DNA of 64,000 nt from Azolla caroliniana (GCA_043228905.1 JBHGNT010000006.1:20956001-21020000); one strand, 5' to 3'; positions 31,901-46,155 are shown, counted from the first letter of the stretch. Notes: generated by a model from the letters alone, not told the origin. Made by a program: numbers and translations.

Positions 31901-33706
31901 CTCTCCATACATAGGCATATGATAGGTAGAGGAGACTAAGAAGTGTTATAACTAAGTGGATTTTACATACAATTAATATAATTGTGTGCTTTACCAAAAA
32001 ATAAAAGAGATTGGATTGGATTGGATTAGATCTTTTTTAGCTTCCATGAAGAGATTGATATTGACCCATGGGACCTAAGTACACAACTTTGTTTGATGTG
32101 TGTCTTCTTCATATTTCGAAGCAAAAAGTCTCACTATGTGAAAAGGCATACATTGTCATATTGTTGATGCCACACCATGTGAAATCACCTCAAAAGCAAT
32201 GATTATGAAAATTTTAAAATGCTATTCCACAATATATATAAATAACTTCACTATAACAACATATATGTACTACCATTAGGCTAGTTCACGTAGTATCAAT
32301 AAGATGTAATTATAATATTAAAACACAAAACATTTAGAAAACCATTGTTTTTGCATATGAATAACCCATGTTTTTCGATACATAGAAACTATAGAAAGAG
32401 CATTGAATCTCGTCACAATTCCGTTGGGTTGAGTGTGCCATTTAAATGTAAGTGATCATAGGATTTTAGGATCAAAATTAATAGAATATTCAGAGATCAT
32501 TATATAGTCTTTAGTGCACATATATAGCCATCAATAACATTAATATTTTGAAATACACGCTTCTTTCATTTCTTCCATTCCAAGTCCTTAGTGCTTTGGG
32601 CTTGCTTGATGTTCACACGCATGCAAGAGTTTTCACAACAGAGATGAGCTCAACCTTGTAGGTGTGCTCTTTAGTGTGACACTCAAGTCATCATCCCCTC
32701 TTAATATGTCATTATCGCTTTGAAGAATTGCATTATTTGTTGGGCATATAAAAATCAAGTGACATGAAGAAGTAGATTCCATTTTAAAGCAGATTCATTG
32801 AAGGCCATCACGTGGTTAGATCTTCCTAAACCCCAAGTAGGCATCATCATAAGAATGATCTTTATTTTAATGGAAAGGTGGCATCCCAAATTCTTGCAAT
32901 GCACATTTTGCACCAAGAGTGTGTGTTAACTATACTTGATGGTTGATCCTTGTATTGTTTTAAATTTGGAGAGGGAAGAAATAACTAACGTAGGTTGTTG
33001 GTTATAATATGATTCATCAACAGAGTCATGGAGTTGATAACCACATTCTTTAACCACCCTCGGTGAGGGCCTTGGGCTGATCACCTTGACCCCACAAGGT
33101 TGCATCAAACCCTCTTTTTTCATCAGTTCCAAGTTAATAATCATGCTCTCATCATCATCCACATGCTAAAGCTCGAACACTCTTAGCTAGGGTGGACTTC
33201 ATTGGCACCTCAATTGTGATGTTGGATCCTAGACACCCAACGATCCTTCGCTTCCTGATGTTGCTCCTACTTTCCCCTCTTCGTTCAACTCTCTACCTTT
33301 CCAAACTTATGACCACATTAGTCGCTTTAAATGACCCACTAGTTTATCACACGATCAGTCTGTAGATGTGGGTCATCATATATGTAGCGAATCAATACAC
33401 AAGATATCCATCATTCCATGTGGACTATAAGTGCATGAATAAAAAGTATCTAATCAAAGACAATAAGGATTCTCCATGTAAAAGAGAAAAATTTCCACAA
33501 TCATAGAAAAACAAGAAAAACCCTCATGCTTGATTCTGTTCCATTAATACCAATAAAACAACGCTCTTTTCTATAGCAAGAGAAATGTTGCCAAACATCT
33601 CTGTGGCAATACACCTGTACTAGAAAAACAAGCTTCAAGCCCAAATGAATGACACTCATTCTAAGGGTATTACACTTTTACATTCTAAGGATAAACTGGT
33701 CGGATC

Positions 33707-36700
33707 TGTTATATGTATGTATAGAGACATGTACATAATGTGAAAAGGCCAAATGGCTTGTGCTCCTGTCTTTCACCTTTTTACTTTATTTCCCCCTCTT
33801 TTGAGATATAGGGTGTGTGAGTAAAACCCCTCGGTGATATAGCGTGTGAGGCAGAATTTACAACCATTGTTTTTCTGTTTTTCCCCCTTTTAGAAACAGA
33901 GTTTTTCCTTCACTAAATGATTCTCTCTTAGCTCTTTGCTCTACCGATTTGTAACAGTGGTATCAGAGCAAGGGAGACAGTGATAGCAAGCTTTGGAGGC
34001 AGAAGCTACGAGCGTCGGAGACTTGTGGAAATAAGTTGTGGTGGGAGAGACCCCTACCACATTTGGAAGAGCGATTTGGGATCAATGTGAATATATAGCA
34101 GAGCATATGCCTACAGTTTGTGATTTGGGAGATGTATGTTAGTCAGTATTGTTGATATTTTGGAAGTTATATGCTTTCAGTGGTGCGTGTTATACGCAAG
34201 AGTGGTATCAGTCTTTTTTGACAGTTTGCGGTGGATACTTTGAAAGTTGTATACTTTCAGTGGTGTGTGTTACATGCAATATTGGTATCAATTTTGACAG
34301 TTTGCCATAAGCTAGTCAGTTACTAGTTTTGTTGCCCAATTGTATTTTGTTGCTTGATACTGTCATTCACTCCCATGGAGTTCGAAATGTTGGATGCATC
34401 TAGTAGCACTTCTGTTGGTCGTAATAGTTCAAATAAGAACTATTCATTTTTTGGGAAAAGACCATATTGAGATCCGGAAATTTGATGGATCTAATTTTGC
34501 TTTGTGGAAGAATCAGGTGCGTGATGTATTGGTTCAAAGGAAGCAATCGAGGCCTCTAAACGGCAAAGCGAAGAAGTCGGATGACATGGATGATGATGAT
34601 TGGGAAGAACTTGATGCTTTGACCATGTCTACGATAAGACTGCACTTGGCGGATAGTGTCTATTTCATTGTTTTAGACAGTAAAAATTTTGAAGAACTTT
34701 GGAAAAAATTATGCAATACATATGAGAGGGAAACTACTGCAAACAAAGTGTTTTTTATGAGAAAGCTCTATGACCTTCGCATGAAGGACACCGATAGTGT
34801 TGCCTCTCATCTAAATGAGTTTGATACATTATGGTCTCAGTTGCAAGCTCAAAAAATGACTATGGATGATGAGCTAAAATGTGTATTTCTATTATGCACT
34901 TTGCCTAGCTCATGGGAGACATTTTGCACCGCTATTAGCGCTAGTGCACCAAATGGTAAATTGGTCTATAATGACATATGTGGAGCACTATTGGGTGAAG
35001 AAATACGTAGGAAATCGATGGTCACCTCACAAGTTGGAGAGGCATATAATGTATGAGATTTTGGTTATGGCAAGAACCAACAACATGGTAGAAACCAAAC
35101 CAAAAACAACCATGGAAATGATAAGAGCAGAAGCAAATCTAGAAAGAGACTTGTGGAATACCATTACTGTCACAAAAAGGGCCATATGAAAAAGGATTCT
35201 TATGCCTTGAAGAACAAAGAAAGAGAACATGAAAGGGGTAAAACTCATGGTGATGGGCATGTTATGCAAGTGACCGGTTCATCGTCTTCAAAGAAAATAG
35301 AGGAAATAAATGCTACATGCGATGACGATGTTGACATTCTGGTCGTGGAGGATGATGCTACTTATGTTGAAGTGAATATGGCTTACTCGCTTACTCATGC
35401 ATGGTTGTTGGACTCTGGGGCTTCATTCCATGTGACCCCACATAGAGAGTGGTTCACACGATATGAAGCTAAACCACTTGGTACAGTCCGGCTTGGAGAT
35501 TCACATCAATGTGATGTGGTTGGCATTGGAGATGTTATGGTACAATTTTTTGATGGTTTTCAGATTCTTGTACAAAATGTACGCCATGTGCCTGAGCTAA
35601 CTCGTAGCTTGATGTCTGTTGGACAGCTAGATATAAAGTGATATTTGCTTACAAATATTTTTGTATTACAAAAGGAAATATGGTTATTGCCAAATGGAAC
35701 AAAGTTGCTTCACTTTATCCCTTAGTTTTCCATCGGAAAGAACATCTTTTGATTGTCACAGAACAACCCATGACTTGTATTTGGCATGGTCGTTTAGGCC
35801 ATATGTCTCGTAGTGGAATGGAAACGCTATCACGTTTTGGCTATTTACCCATGTTGTCATTTTCTAATTTTTCAGTTTGTGATCATTGTCAATATGGTAA
35901 ACAAACGAGAAGTGTAAATCAGATTCGTTCTGATTCTTCTACTCAACCCTTGGATCTAGTTCATACAAATGTATGTGACCCTATGCCTACTAGATCATTG
36001 GGTGTAGCTTTGTATTTTGTTACATTTATCGATGATGCCACAAGAAAGGTGTGGGTGTATCCCATAAAGGGAAAGTGTGATGTATACCCCATTTTTGGAA
36101 AATGGCTTGCCTCAGTTGAGACTAAAAACTGAATAAAGCTTAAGGCTTTATGTTCTAATAATGGAGGTGAATATACCTCTAATGAGTTCAAGACTTTTTG
36201 TGAGTCTAGAGGCATTCGTAGAGAGTATATTGCCCCCTACACTCTTGTACAAAATGGTGTAGCAAAAAGGATGAATAGAACCATCCAAGATAAAGTTGTT
36301 TCTATGTTGCATCATCCAAACCTTGCGCAAGGTTTTTGGGCAGAAGCAGTTCGGACTGTTGTTCATGTGATTAATCTATCACCTAGTACTGTCAAAGGCT
36401 TGAAAGCGGCACAAGTTTTGTGGACTGGAAAAACCCCTCACTATGATCATCTTAGAGTGTTTGGATGCGAAGCATATGTTCATGTTCCAAAACAGTTAAG
36501 GCAGAAACTGGATTTCAAAAGCAGAAAATGTATTTTTCTTGGCTATGGAATAGATGGTCAATTTGGATATCACTTATGGGACCCCAAAACGCGCACTATA
36601 GTCAAAAGTAGTGATGTCTTTTTCAATGAAAAGATTATGCATAAACAGCGAATTAAGGAAGTGGAAGTGAGGAAAGTGGTGTTTCAAGATCTTACACCCT

Positions 36701-39449
36701 CTATTAGTGTGCAAAAGAATAATTCCACACCTATGCCGAACAGTCCTACAAATGTTCAAGCATATGAGGATGTTCAAAATGAGGATGCATGTGTACAATC
36801 TAAAAACATTCTGACTCTGGTTCAACAACCAGTAAGACGATCTACTCGTGTCTGTAGGCCACCTGCTAAGCCCACGGACTATGTGATGTTAACGGATGCA
36901 GGAGAACCCTCTTGCTATAAAGAAGTTATGTTGGCTAGTGATCATGCTAAGTGGGGAGCATGTCATGCAAAGTGAATTGGACAGTATTTATAAGAATGGT
37001 ACTTGGGATTTATTACCTTTGCCAAAGGATAGGAAAGCATTAGCATGCAAGTGGGTCTACAAGTATAAATATACATATGATAAGACTTCTCCAAAGTACA
37101 AAGCATTCTTGGTAGCAAAAGGTTTCAAGCAAGAACACGGAGTTGACTTTGATGAAATTTTCTCTCCTATAGTTAAGATGACTACATTGTGTATGTTGCT
37201 TGCATTAGCTACGAATCAGGACTTAGAATTAGTCCAAATGGATGTAAAGATTGTGTTCTTGCATGGGGATCTTAATGAGGAGATCTATATGGAACAACCA
37301 GAAGGTTATGAAGTCCCAGGCAAAGAACACTTGGTATGTAAACTCAAAAAGAGCTTGTATGGGCTTAAGCAGTCCCCAAGATTGTGGTACCAAAAGTTTG
37401 ATGCTTTTATGAAGACTCAGAAGTGTGCTAGAAGCAATGAAGATCCTTACCTTTATACGAAAAAATGTTCAGATGAGAGTTCCATTATGTTGATACTCTA
37501 TGTTGATGATATGCTTATCGTTGGTAAAAACAAGGATGAGTTATCCTTGTTGCAGAAAAACTTGAGCCAAACCTTTGACATGAAGGATTTGGGAGACGCA
37601 AAACATATTCTTGGTATCCATATTACTCGTGATGGGAGTAAGCGATGCATTTACTTGTCTCAAGCTGAGTACATATCCAAAGTACTCAAGAGGTTTAATA
37701 TGGAGAATGCAAAGCCATTGAACACTCCATTGCCTACATATGTAAAGCTGAGCACATGTGATTGCCCCACATCTGACGAGGACAAGGAATTCATGACCAA
37801 GGTTCCTTATCAATCTGTGATTGGTAGTCTCATGTATGCCATGGTGGCTACTAGACCAGACATTGCATTTGCAGTGGGAGCAGTAAGTCGATTCATGTCA
37901 AATCCTGGTAAGAAACATTGGGATGCACTCAAGTTGATAATGAGATATCTGAGCGGCACTAAAGATAAATGTTTATGCCCGGGTAGAGGTGATGTCTCTA
38001 TCATTGGATACACAGATTCAGATTATGTTGGATGTGCTTATAGTAGGAAATCTACTTCAGGGTACATTTTTCAAATTATGGGAGGTGACATTGCTTGGAG
38101 ATCCCGTCTCCAAGAATGTGTCGCATTGTCAACTATAGAGGTTGAGTATGTTGCAACCAGTGAGGCATCTAAGGAAGCAATTTGGTTGTCTCGATTAGCT
38201 AGTGACATGGGTATACCGCAACATGTACCCAAACTGTTTTGTGATAGTCATGGTGTCATTGCTTTGGCTAAGAACCCAATATATCATGCAAAGACCAAGC
38301 ACATTGGAGTGCGACACCATTTCATTCGTGAATGCTTAGCTAATGGTTGCATTAGCCTTGAGAAGGTCGTGTCTCGAGAAAATTCCATAGACGCATTGAC
38401 CAAGGCCTTACCACAAGATGCATTGGGGCATTGTTGTCACTTGATGGGGATCACCTAGTGCCTTATGTAACATGCCCATCAGGTGGGAGGTATAGGCCTT
38501 GTATGATTCAACCTTCTATTATTCGCCATATGATTGATCTTTGTCGCCATATGATCTTTCCTCGATCTCCCTCCGACACGATAGCCCTCTTGTCCCCCAC
38601 CTCAGCAAAGTCCATGTGGCCCTCAGTCCACAGGAGTGATTGATCTCTATTCGCCGATTAATAGCTCGTTTTCTGTCACTAGCCCCGTCCAACTATCAAG
38701 GCCAACAGTTCCACGGGGGATGTCCTCAACGTCGTTGCAACTCAACTACATGTCCGTAGATGTTTACATGCCCACGCCATCTTCACCGAACGCCTCAACA
38801 AGACCCTCAAACACGAGATGGCTGCATAAATCAACCCTTTTCGAGCACTCTATGGGCGTAACCCTCGCCTCGCACTAGAATCATCCATGGATTTCCATTT
38901 TAAACCTACCATCAGATACTCCCCCTCCTTCGATAAGCCATTGTTCTTGTTCTTGTTCATGTACCTGTCTTGTTCTTGTTCATGCCCCTCAATCTCTTGT
39001 TTCTCGCAGGGGGGAAATGTGGTGTGGATGTGTTCCTTTGTGCCACCCTTTTAGCTCACCCTTCTTAGGATGCACGTACCCAAGTTGACCCACCCTTTTA
39101 GCACACCCTTTTTAGCCAAGCCAACCCAAATGGGTTCCATTGTATCAACTATAAATTGATTAAGAAGTAAGAAGCTAAGTAGACTGGTTTTGATCTCTTA
39201 TGTGTATTTCACAATATGTACATAGAGACATGTACATAGTGTGAAAAAGCCAAAATGGCATGTGCTCCTATCTTTCACCTTTTTACTTTATGTCCCCCTC
39301 TTTTGAGATATAGGATGTGTGAGTAAAACCCCTCAGTGATATGGTGTGTGAGGCAGAATTTACAACCATTGTTTTTCTGTTTTTCCCCCTTTTAGAAACA
39401 AAGTTTTTCCTTCACTATATGATTCTCTCTACTCTACCAATTTGTAACA
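33707..39449 (+). mobile_element. Copia-B: older full-length Ty1/Copia element
   Basis: TSD GGATC at 33702-33706 and 39450-39454. 5' LTR 33707-33956, PBS TGGTATCAGAGC at 33958-33969, PPT at 39008-39017, 3' LTR 39018-39449. Confidence 0.9.
34394..38458 (+). pseudogene. Copia-B gag-pol pseudogene
   Basis: KFDGSNFALWK, WLLDSGASFH, VTFIDDATRK, QMDVKIVFLHG, LYVDDML and HAKTKHI motifs over several frameshifted ORFs. Confidence 0.92.
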
Positions 39450-40766
39450 GGATCAACTAGGCAAGTCAAAAATTGAGTCGACCGATCGGATCGACTAGAG
39501 AGGTCGAACTATAGGTCGGTCAACTACTAAACGTATATATATATACGAATGGTCGGATCAACCAATCGGCCAATTTGAGGATCGGTCGGCCAATAGTGAT
39601 TGTGCAAGAAATAGAGAGCAAGAGAGGAAACCAACAGGAAGGAAGTGAGTTGTTCCACATCTTTCTTATAGATTTATTCCTGGGAGTTTTGCCTCTCCCT
39701 TAAGGTCATAGCACCATCATCAAAGTTTGTCATTCTTGGATTTTCCCCCAGCATCCTAGGGAGTCTTGTAATCTAATTTTAGTGAAGTTTTGGTGATGGG
39801 AGGGCACCTGTGGTTTTTCCCTAGTTTACGGTTTCCACGTAAATACTATTGTGTCTTTTGCTTGTGCTTGTGTCTTGTCTTTTGCTTGTGTTTGTGTCTT
39901 TTAGGTTTTCTGATTGTGTTGTCACGGATCTTAATCTTAACATGAATGATCAATTTCTAGAATTAGCATATCACATGCTAAAGCAAAATGTGACATATAT
40001 AGGTAAAGCTTCTGCTTTGTAAGAGATATGTTGTGGGTTCCAAGTCTCAAGCTATAACAAAAAAATCCATAACTTTACTTGAGATTCATACTTATTACCA
40101 ATTTGTTCCCAAAAAGATGGCTTCATAGGATAAGAAGTTGAAGACCACAGCATATGTAAGTATAATGAGAGGATTAATAACATTAGAAGAAGTAAAAAAA
40201 AAATGCCTCTCTTCACTATTATTGCAACATGTTGCATATACTGTTGTGATTCAAATAATGCAATTAAGACCATTAAGTGGCGAAGCCAAGAGACCTAAGG
40301 GCATGACCAATGACGATTGGGAAGAGCTCAATCCCTTGGCAATGTCTACCATAAGATTGCACCTAGCAAACAATGTATACTTCACGGTCTTGGATTGTGA
40401 CTCGAGTTAAAAATTATGGACTAAACTATGTAGTACCTACAAAAATGAAACCGCGTCAAATAAAGTTTATCTAATGAGAAAACTTTTTTATCTTGGCATG
40501 AAGGACACCGAAAGTGTTGCCTCTCATTTGAATGACTTTGATGCAATAATAGTCCCAATTACAACTCCAAAGAATGATTATCGATTATGAGCTAAAATGT
40601 GTCATTCTCTTATGCACTTTGCCTACCTCATGGGACACATTTTGCACTGTTGTTAGCAATAGTGTGCCAAATGGGAAACTAGTCTATAATGACATGTGGA
40701 CCTTTATTGGACGAAGAAATTTGTAGGAAATCTTGACTGCATCACATAGTGGAGATACATGTAATG

Positions 40767-41403
40767 TGTTGGGATTACGGTCCCTCCGGATGGGATGGTC
40801 GGATGTCCGGGAATCGGGAATGAAGACCCGAATGAGGAGTACCCGGTATCGGAGCCGGATGATGAAGACCCGGTTCCGGATCCGGATGATGAAGACCCCG
40901 GCTACGGAGCCGGATGACGAATGTACCCGGAGAGAGATCCGGATGCGGGGACATATTTGTGAATATGTTTGCCAAGGGCCCTTGAGGCTATATTTGTAAA
41001 TAGCCCGAAAGTCATATGTGTATAAATATGACTTAGGGCAAACAGTTTAGTTGTTGTTGCTCATTTTTCTGTTTTCCACTTAGAGGGAGCGAAGTGAGAG
41101 CAGCAGAGAGAGAGAGTGAGAGAGAGAGAAAGGAAGAGGTCGACGCCTCTGTGTAATACCGCCGCCTGTGGCGAGGACAGCGAGCTCAAGGTCGTCGCCT
41201 TGCAGCTCGCCATTGTACATTCCCTGCGTATAGTGATAGTTGGAGTCTTGCACTCCCGTGGTTTTTTTTCGTCTAGAGTTTTCCACGCTAAACCCTGTGC
41301 ATTCGAGTCTCTCTCTCTGTGTTTTCGATTTTCTGCTGCATTGATTCGTGTTTCCTCGGTTGTGGTCGAGAGGTGAAGGTTTTGAAAGCGTCAATTCATA
41401 ACA
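40767..41403 (+). repeat. 5' LTR of young Copia copy 2
   Basis: TGTTGG...TAACA; about three substitutions versus the 3' LTR. Confidence 0.95.
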
Positions 41404-41434
41404 ATCTGGTATCAGAGCGACTGCAGTGCAGAAA

Positions 41435-44400
41435 ATGGAAGGCGGCAGCAGCGGGCAGTCGGGGATGATGGTCCTGAATACGCAGAACTACGCCGACTGG
41501 AAGATAAAGATGGAGGATCTGCTCATTGTTCGGGACCTGTATGAACCGATCGACAGGTCGGAAATACCCAAGGGGGTACTTGAGACGGAATGGAGGCTTC
41601 TGAACCGGAAAGCCGTTGCAACCATTCGGCAATACGTCGACGTGAGCGTTCTACAACATGTGGCGAACGACACCAACGCATATGAGATGTGGCAGAAGCT
41701 GTCGGGCCTCTACGAGAGGAAGAATACGTTGAACCGGACCTCCCTGATGAGGAAGATAGTGAACCTCAAGTACCGGGACGGCGAGAGTATGGTGGAACAC
41801 GTAAGCACGTTCATGGGATTCGTGAACCAGCTTGCGGCGATCAAGTTCCCGTTGGAGGATGCAATGCAAGCCATCATCCGGATGTGTACATTGCCGGCAA
41901 GCTGGGAGAACTTGGTGGTGACTCTCAGCACCTCCTGCACCGAAGATAACTTGTCCCTACAAACGGTAAAGACAAGCATTTTGAACGAAGAAGCGCGTCG
42001 GAGAGATAAAGAACCGACCTCCGATCCGAAGATGCTGCTTACCGAATCGGATCGGGGAAGACAACGGAACCGGAGTCCGCAAAGACGGGAGAAGTCGGGG
42101 ACCCGGTCGCAGTCAAGAGGAAGGCCCACATGCTTCCACTGTGGGAAGCCGGGGCACTTCCGAAAGAATTGTCGGCATTACCGAAAAGACAACGGAGCCG
42201 ACGACACCGATTCGAAGAAGTCTTCGGAACGGAGCGGTGCTTACCGGGGAGCCACGGACCGGAATGGTTCGGATCGGCGAGAGCAGGACCGGAAAGGAAC
42301 AACGGCACTCGCGGCAAGTGAAGAGGAGATCATGCTCATCACCGAAGAAGGTGAACTAAACATTGCCGGCGATGAGACTACCTGGGTGGTCGATTCCGGA
42401 GCGTCGTTCCACCTGACCCCGGAAAGAAGATACTTCTCATCCTACACAGCCGGTGAGCATGGCTGTGTTCGGATGGGAAATGAAGGTACGTGCCGGATTG
42501 CCGGCATAGGAGACGTGTGGTTGACAACCTCGACCGGATGCAAAATGTTGCTGAAGGATGTCCGACACGTTCCGGAGGTCCGATTGAACCTGATTTCGGT
42601 CGGGAGGCTAGACGATGAAGGCTACACAGGTAGCATCCGGAACGGCGTAATGAAGTTCAACAAGGGGAGCCTGATAGTGGCTCGGGCCCAGAAAGTCAAC
42701 ACACTGTACCTTATGAATGCCTGGTTGTGTCCGGAGGAGTTGAACGTGGCAGCCGACACTGCCGGTGAGCTGTGGCACAAGAGACTGTGCCACATGAGTG
42801 AGAAGGGGATGAAGAGGCTTGCAGAAGACAACCTTATTCCAGTGAAGCATGTGCACCTGGAGAAGTGCACCAATTGCCTGGCCGGTAAGCAGAACCGAAC
42901 CTCCTTCCACTCAAGGCCACCGACGAGACGTAGCGCACCATTGGAGTTGGTGCACACTGACGTGTGTCAAGTAGAAACGAAGTCACATGGCGGAGCCCAG
43001 TACTTCGTGACATTCATTGATGACCACAGCCGGAAGCTGTGGACGGCACCGTTGAAGACAAAGGACCAAGTGTTGTGCGTCTTCAAAGAACTCCACGCGA
43101 GAGTGGAAAGGGAATCCGGCAAGAAGCTGAAAGCGATACGAGCGGATAACGGAGGGGAATACCGGGGGCAGTTCGAGGAGTATTGTCGCTTGAAGGGAAT
43201 CCGGCTCGAGTTTATTGTGCCGAAGACGCCGAAACTGAACGGGCTGGCCGAGAGGATGAACCGGACCATAATGGAGAGGGTCCGGAGTATGCTGGCGCAT
43301 GCGAAATTACCCAAGGGGTTTTGGGCTGAGGCAATGTCGACGGCGACATACGTGATAAACAGATCACCCTCAGTACCTTTGGACGGAGACACGCCGCAGA
43401 GAGTGTGGACCGGTAGGGAAGTATCCTACCGGCATCTGAAGGTGTTCGGGTGTCTCGCATATGTGCATGTGGCAAAGGACCGGAGAGGAAAGCTAGATCC
43501 AAAGACCCGGCCATGCATATTCCTCGGTTACGGCGATGACGAGTTCGGCTACCGTGTATGGGACCCGGTCGACAAAAGGATATTCCGGAGTCGTGATATC
43601 ATCTTCATGGAGGACAAGACACTCGCCGACTGGGAGTCGGAGAAGAAGATGAAGAGCTCCAAGTCGACCAGTGAGGATCAACTCTACGAGGAGCAGTCCC
43701 GACCGGAAAGGGACCGGTTAGCACTCGAGGATCCGGCCGAAGACGGTGAAGAAACAGAACCGGCCGAGGAAGATGAAACTGATACCGGAACCGGCCCCGA
43801 TCCCGAAATGGATTCGGATGAAGAGGAAACGGAGGAGCCGGTTACCGAAGCTCCGGAACGGAGATATCCTCTAAGAGAGAGAAGGGCCCCCCGGAGATTT
43901 CCGGAACCAGAGCACGTGCTGCTAACCGACGAAGGGGAGCCGGAGAGTTTTGAAGAAGCAAAGCTTGACACCCATAGCCACAGGTGGTTAAGTGCCATGC
44001 AGGAGGAGATGGATTCCCTGCATGAGAACCACACATATGAACTTGTGGAGTTGCCGAAAGGAAAGCGGGCACTTCGAAACAAGTGGGTGTTCAAGCTGAA
44101 ACCGGGAGATGCCGGAAATCCCCCGAGATACAAAGCCAGGATCGTGGTGAAGGGGTTTTAGCAGAAGAAGGGCGTCGACTTCGACGAGATATTTGCCCCG
44201 GTAGTGAAGATGACCTCCATCCGGACGGTGCTGAGCATAGCGGCAAGCATGGACCTCGAGGTAGAACAGATGGACGTGAAGACGGCATTCCTTCACGGTG
44301 ACCTCGAAGAAGAGATCTACATGCAGCAACCAGAAGGATTCGAGAAGAAAGGGAAGGAGCACCTGGTATGCCGGTTGAAGAAGAGCCTTTACGGACTGAA

Positions 44401-45508
44401 GCAGGCTCCCCGGCAATGGTACCGGAAGTTCGACTCTTTCATGTCCGACGAAGGGTACCACAAAACGCAGTCCGATCACTGCGTGTTTGTGAAGAAGTTC
44501 GAAGGAGGAGACTTTCTAATACTCCTCCTGTACGTGGACGACATGTTGATCGTCGGACGGGACCAGGTCAAGATACGGATGCTGAAGAAAGCGCTTCACC
44601 GAACCTTCTCAATGAAGGACCTGGGTCCGGCGAGGCAAATACTAGGGATGCACATCATCCGGGACCGGAAGAAGAAGCAGTTGTGGCTGTCACAGGAGAA
44701 GTACGTGACAAAGGTGCTTCACCGGTTCAACATGTCGGAAGCAAGACTGGTCGGGTCAACCCTCCCGGCAAACTGCAAGTTGTCCAGCAAGCAAAGCCCC
44801 AAGACAAAGGCTGAGAAGGAGGACATGATGAAAGTACCATATGCCTCTGCCGTCGGAAGCTTGATGTACGCAATGGTGTGTACAAGACCGGACATAGGAT
44901 ATGCAGTCGGAGTGGTGAGCCGGTACATGAGCAATCCCAGCAAAGAGCACTGGAACGCGGCCAAGTGGATACTCCGATACCTGAAGGGCACGGCAAACGT
45001 GTGCCTCCGATTCGGCTCCGATAAGCCCGAACTCGACGGCTTTACCGATTCGGATATGTCGGCTGATGCAGATACCAGCCGGTCCACATCAGGGTATGTG
45101 ATGACGTATGCAGGGGGAGCTGTTTCGTGGCAGTCGAGGCTGCAGAAGACGGTTGCGTTGTCAACCACGGAGGCGGAGTACATGGCGGCTGTTGAAGCCG
45201 GCAAGGAAATAATATGGATGAAGGACTTCATTAGAGAGCTCGGTATCCGGCAGGAGGAGTACAGACTCTACTGCGACAGTCAGAGTGCCATCCACCTTGC
45301 GAAGAACGCGGCCTATCACTCCCGGACGAAGCACATCCAGCGAAGATATCACTAGATCCGGGAAAGGGTAGAAGACCACGAGTTCGTGTTGACGAAGATC
45401 CACACGGACGAGAACGGGTCAGATATGTTGACCAAAGTGCTCACACCCGACAAGCTGGAAGCGTGCCGGAAGAGGGTCGGACTGGAAAGACATCCCATGC
45501 CGAAGTGA
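41435..45508 (+). pseudogene. Copia copy 2 gag-pol with two nonsense codons (CAG>TAG 44159-44161; TGG>TAG 45353-45355)
   Basis: Same-frame ORFs 41426-44161 and 44204-45355, colinear with copies 1 and 3. Confidence 0.93.
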
Positions 45509-45518
45509 AGGGGGAGTT

Positions 45519-46155
45519 TGTTGGGATTACGGTCCCTCCGGATGGGATGGTCGGATGTCCGGGAATCGGGAATGAAGACCCGAATGAGGAGTACCCGGTA
45601 TCGGAGCCGGATGATGAAGACCCGGTTCCGGATCCGGATGATGAAGACCCCGGCTACGGAGCCGGATGACGAATGTACCCGGAGAGAGATCCGGATGCGG
45701 GGACATATTTGTGAATATGTTTGCCAAGGGCCCTTGAGGCTATATTTGTAAATAGCCCGAAAGTCATATGTGTATAAATATGACTTAGGGCAAACAGTTT
45801 AGTTGTTGTTGCTCATTTTTCTGTTTTCCACTTAGAGGGAGCGAAGTGAGAGCAGCAGAGAGAGAGAGTGAGAGAGAGAGAAAGGAAGAGGTTGACGCCT
45901 CTGTGTAATACCGCCGCCTGTGGCGAGGACAGCGAGCTCAAGGTTGTCGCCTTGCAGCTCGCCATTGTACATTCCCTGCGTATAGTGATAGTTGGAGTCT
46001 TGCACTCCCGTGGTTTTTTTTCGTCTAGGGTTTTCCACGCTAAACCCTGTGCATTCGAGTCTCTCTCTCTGTGTTTTCGATTTTCTGCTGCATTGATTCG
46101 TGTTTCCTCGGTTGTGGTCGAGAGGTGAAGGTTTTGAAAGCGTCAATTCATAACA
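45519..46155 (+). repeat. 3' LTR of young Copia copy 2
   Basis: Direct repeat of 40767-41403. Confidence 0.95.

Larger units (their letters stand above)
26117..32005 (+). mobile_element. Full-length decayed L1-clade LINE
   Basis: ORF1 remnants (RGFYDVVF, QQCPIWV, HCFKC knuckle). ORF2 APE (MKVVSWNVRG, GIYAPN, MGDFN, SDH) and RT (WRPISL, LDLEKAYDHV, QGCPLSPLLF). A-rich tail at ~31996-32006; candidate TSD AGAGATT. Confidence 0.85.
33650..39942 (+). repeat. Probable older solo LTR split by Copia-B (pieces ~33650-33706 and 39455-39942)
   Basis: The right piece has a TATATA run, the family-like GTGGTTTTTCCC...GGTTTCCACGTAAA motif and a TTAACA end. TGAAT occurs on both flanks. The left boundary is uncertain. 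Confidence 0.4.
40767..46155 (+). mobile_element. Young Ty1/Copia element, copy 2
   Basis: 637-bp LTRs at 40767-41403 and 45519-46155. TSD TAATG. PBS at 41407-41418; PPT at 45509-45518. Confidence 0.96.

Noticed and set aside
32380-32660. Possible very old Copia RT relic on the minus strand (LLMAIYV-like, KQA-like)
   Set aside because: Too decayed to support by eye.
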